Shown here: positions 61,562 through 64,000 of the stretch, one piece after another
How the letters are laid out: every line of letters begins with the position of its first letter
Position numbering within the stretch: the stretch's first letter is position 1
The notes under the pieces: model-generated
Told to the model about the DNA's origin: nothing
The model's input: the letters and a program-made list of their open reading frames with translations, nothing else
Databases searched by the model: none
Assembly: GCA_963820965.1 (NCBI GenBank)
Contig: CAWGCC010000007.1
Span: forward strand, 28,277 to 92,276
Source of the DNA: an uncultured beta proteobacterium
GTDB taxonomy: Bacteria > Pseudomonadota > Gammaproteobacteria > Burkholderiales > SG8-39
Direction: 5' to 3'
DNA: 64,000 nucleotides
Program-made: the position numbers and the translations under genes

Positions 61562-62326
61562 TTACAAGGTGAGACCGCCGTCGACGACGATGCACTCGCC
61601 ATTGGTGTAGCTGGAAGCATCCGACACCAGGTAGAGCACGGTGCCGGCCATCTCGGCCGGCTCGGCGTGGCGGCGCATGGGGATCTTCTCCATGATCTGG
61701 TCGTAAACCGGCTTGGTCTCGAACAGGGCGGCGGAAAATCGGGTCTTGGTGAGCCCGGGCAAGAGCGCGTTGACGCGTATGCCCCGGGGCCCGCATTCCT
61801 TGGCAAAGGCCTTTGTCATACTCACGACCGCGGCCTTGGTGATGGAGTAGATGGCCTGCATCTCACCCGGCTGGATGGCATTGACCGAGGCCGTATTGAC
61901 GATGACCCCCTTTCCCTGGGCGCGCATCATTTTTCCGGCCTCGACCGACATGAAGAAGTAGCCCCGGATATTGACCTCGACGGTCTTGTTGAACGCGGCG
62001 AGGTCGGTGTCCAGGACGTGGCCGAAATAGGGGTTGGTGGCGGCGTTGTTCACCAGGATGTCCAGCCTGCCTTGCCCGCTGCGTATCCGGTCGAAGAGTC
62101 GATGGATGTCGTCCATGTTGCCGATGTGGCAGGCGATGGCTTCCGCGCTTCCGCCCTGCTCGCGGATCCGGCCGACCACCGATTCGCAATCGCCCTGCTT
62201 GCGGCTCGAGACGATGACATGGGCGCCGTATTGGGCGAGCAGCGTGGCGATTTCCGCGCCGATGCCCCGGCTGGCGCCCGTGACCAGGGCGATCCTGTCG
62301 GTGAGGTCGAACAAGTTCTGTTTCAT
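61562..62326 (-). CDS. SDR family oxidoreductase
   Basis: TGASRGIG, NNAATNP, YSITK, VDGG. Confidence 0.93.
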   Translation of the reverse strand: MKQNLFDLTDRIALVTGASRGIGAEIATLLAQYGAHVIVSSRKQGDCESVVGRIREQGGSAEAIACHIGNMDDIHRLFDRIRSGQGRLDILVNNAATNPYFGHVLDTDLAAFNKTVEVNIRGYFFMSVEAGKMMRAQGKGVIVNTASVNAIQPGEMQAIYSITKAAVVSMTKAFAKECGPRGIRVNALLPGLTKTRFSAALFETKPVYDQIMEKIPMRRHAEPAEMAGTVLYLVSDASSYTNGECIVVDGGLTL

Positions 62327-62339
62327 GCTTTTCCTTGAC

Positions 62340-63368
62340 TCAAGAGAACTCTTCGTGGATGGTGGCCACCGCCATGCGCGCCAGGGGCTCGACCATCTCC
62401 CCCACCCGTTGCGCTTCAGCGCTGGAGGCGTTGCCATTGATGGCGCGGCGCTTCACTCCCTGGGCGATGGCGGCAAGGCGGAAAAACGAAAAGGCGATGT
62501 AGAAGGGCCAGTCGGCGATTTCCGGAATGCGGCGCTGGGCGCTGTAGCGGGCGATCAGTGCGGCCTCGTCGGGAATGCCCAGCGCTTGCCGGTCACAGCC
62601 GGCGAGGCCGGGAATGTAGGCATCGACCGGCATGCGCAGGCACATGCAAAAATAGGCGAGGTCCGCCAGGGGATTGCCGAGGGTGGACAGCTCCCAGTCC
62701 AGGATGGCCTTGACCCGCGGCTGGTCCGGATGAAAGATCAGGTTGTCGAGCCGGAAGTCGCCATGCACCAGCCGGGGCTGCCCATCGTCCTCGGGACAAT
62801 GCTGCGGCAGCCAGGCGATCAGCTCTTCGACCGCCTCGACCCTTTCCGTTTCCGATGCCCGATATTGCTTGGTCCACAGGCGGATCTGGCGCTCGAAATA
62901 GTTGCCGGGGCGGCCGTAGTCCCCCAGGCCGACACACTGCGGGTCCACGTTATGCAACCTGGCCATGGCATCTATGCTGGCCAGGTAAAGGCTCTCCCGC
63001 TCCGAAGGGGCTGCCTCTGGAAGCGCCGCACGCCAGAATATCCGCCCCGCCTCGAAGCTCATCACGTAGAACATGCTGCCGATGACGGAGCGGTCCTCGC
63101 AAAGATGAATGGCGCGCGCGACGGGAACGTCCGTACCCGCCAGCGCAGCCAGCACCCGGTACTCGCGATCGACCGCATGCGCGCTCGGGAGCAGCTCGCC
63201 GGACGGCTGGCGGCGCAAGACATAGCAGCCGTTCGCGGCACGGATGAGATAAGTCGGATTGGATTGCCCCTCGGAAAACTTCTCGAAGGTCATCGGCCCT
63301 TTCATGCTGGGCACGGCTTCCGCCAGGTAGCGTTCCAGCCGATCGAATTCATTCGTCATTTTCTGCAC
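62340..63368 (-). CDS. APH-like phosphotransferase family protein
   Basis: GQSNPTY, SAHAVDREY, VHGDFRLDN, LDWELSTLGNPLADL. Confidence 0.92.
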   Translation of the reverse strand: MQKMTNEFDRLERYLAEAVPSMKGPMTFEKFSEGQSNPTYLIRAANGCYVLRRQPSGELLPSAHAVDREYRVLAALAGTDVPVARAIHLCEDRSVIGSMFYVMSFEAGRIFWRAALPEAAPSERESLYLASIDAMARLHNVDPQCVGLGDYGRPGNYFERQIRLWTKQYRASETERVEAVEELIAWLPQHCPEDDGQPRLVHGDFRLDNLIFHPDQPRVKAILDWELSTLGNPLADLAYFCMCLRMPVDAYIPGLAGCDRQALGIPDEAALIARYSAQRRIPEIADWPFYIAFSFFRLAAIAQGVKRRAINGNASSAEAQRVGEMVEPLARMAVATIHEEFS

Positions 63369-63383
63369 ACGAGTTCCCTTGAA

Positions 63384-63735
63384 TCAGCCATAAGTCACCA
63401 GGTCGCGATCCAGACGCAGATCGAGATGGGGAAGACCGTTGAATCCGGCCAGGGCGAAGCCGGAGTCGCCGAAGTAGTAGCGGGAAACGCTGCTGTTGTG
63501 AATTTGCAGGTTCAATTCGATGGCGGTCGATGGCGGAGCGCTGCAGCACCTGCTGGGTGTGAGCGCCTATCACCCCGCCCGAGGTGATGACCAGGACGCG
63601 CTCCCGCCTGTCTGTCTGCAGCCGGCGGCGGACATCGGCCACGCGCGCCTGAAACTCATGCCAGCTTTCGCGCACCAGCGCGCTGATCTGATCGTTGGCC
63701 CACAGGTGGAGGACTCGCTTGAGAGCGGCACGGCG
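63384..63735 (-). pseudogene. histidine phosphatase family protein, C-terminal fragment
   Basis: [21 protein letters not shown], then after a frameshift [24 protein letters not shown]; 5' part replaced by transposase sequence. Confidence 0.7.
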
Positions 63736-63990
63736 GCTCGTTTCCTGATCTGCTTCCTCGCCTACGCGCTGTGGAAGACCCTCCAACAGTGGCAGTCGCG
63801 CGCCGGCCTGGGCGACTCCCCGCGCACCATCCTGACCGAGTTCTCGCGCATCCACGCCGCCGATGTTGTGCTGCCGCTGGTCGACGGCTCGGCGCGCGAA
63901 CTGCGCCTGCGCTGCGTGGTGCGTCCGGATCGCGCTCAGGCGCTGCTCCTGCAGCGGCTCGGACTCACGCTCCCGCAGCGACACCCCTGA
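63736..63990 (+). mobile_element. IS1634-like transposase C-terminal fragment
   Basis: [30 protein letters not shown]...[25 protein letters not shown]. Confidence 0.7.
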
Positions 63991-64000
63991 ACTGTGGAAG

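Overview
High-GC bacterial chromosome segment, most likely a betaproteobacterium (inferred from several Bug/TctC proteins, an RpoD with a K/A-rich N-terminal extension, and the tRNA-Ile(CAT) style). Three zones. (1) 1-23.9 kb, accessory metabolism: an apparent organosulfonate catabolic cluster (SuyAB-like sulfolactate sulfo-lyase, cytoplasmic sulfite-oxidase-family Mo enzyme, a non-canonical four-subunit Sdh/Frd-like complex, a two-subunit Fe-S fumarase-like hydratase, a ThDP enzyme, Bug and TAXI-TRAP transporters), then a patch of gene fragments and a Phd-VapC TA pair. (2) 23.9-48.2 kb, mostly core genes: typA, MocR regulator, phzF-like, ogt, xerD, ybaK, folB, plsY, tsaD, an inserted two-component system plus CzcBA-like RND pump, rpsU-yqeY-dnaG-rpoD, gor, csp and tRNA-Ile(CAT), with several structured intergenic RNA candidates. 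(3) 48.2-64 kb, a decayed island at the tRNA 3' end: IHF box, HNH/integrase remnant, DUF1778-GNAT TA pair, DUF1302-DUF1329-YCF48-MMPL uptake module, beta-oxidation genes and an IS1634-like fragment. The best candidate for an undescribed system is a sulfonate analogue of the succinate-fumarate-malate sequence (3-sulfopropionate to 3-sulfoacrylate to (R)-3-sulfolactate to pyruvate plus sulfite); this pathway is inference only. Many genes carry single-base indels that look like long-read assembly errors rather than true pseudogenization. All family calls come from motif recognition by eye; no database search was run.
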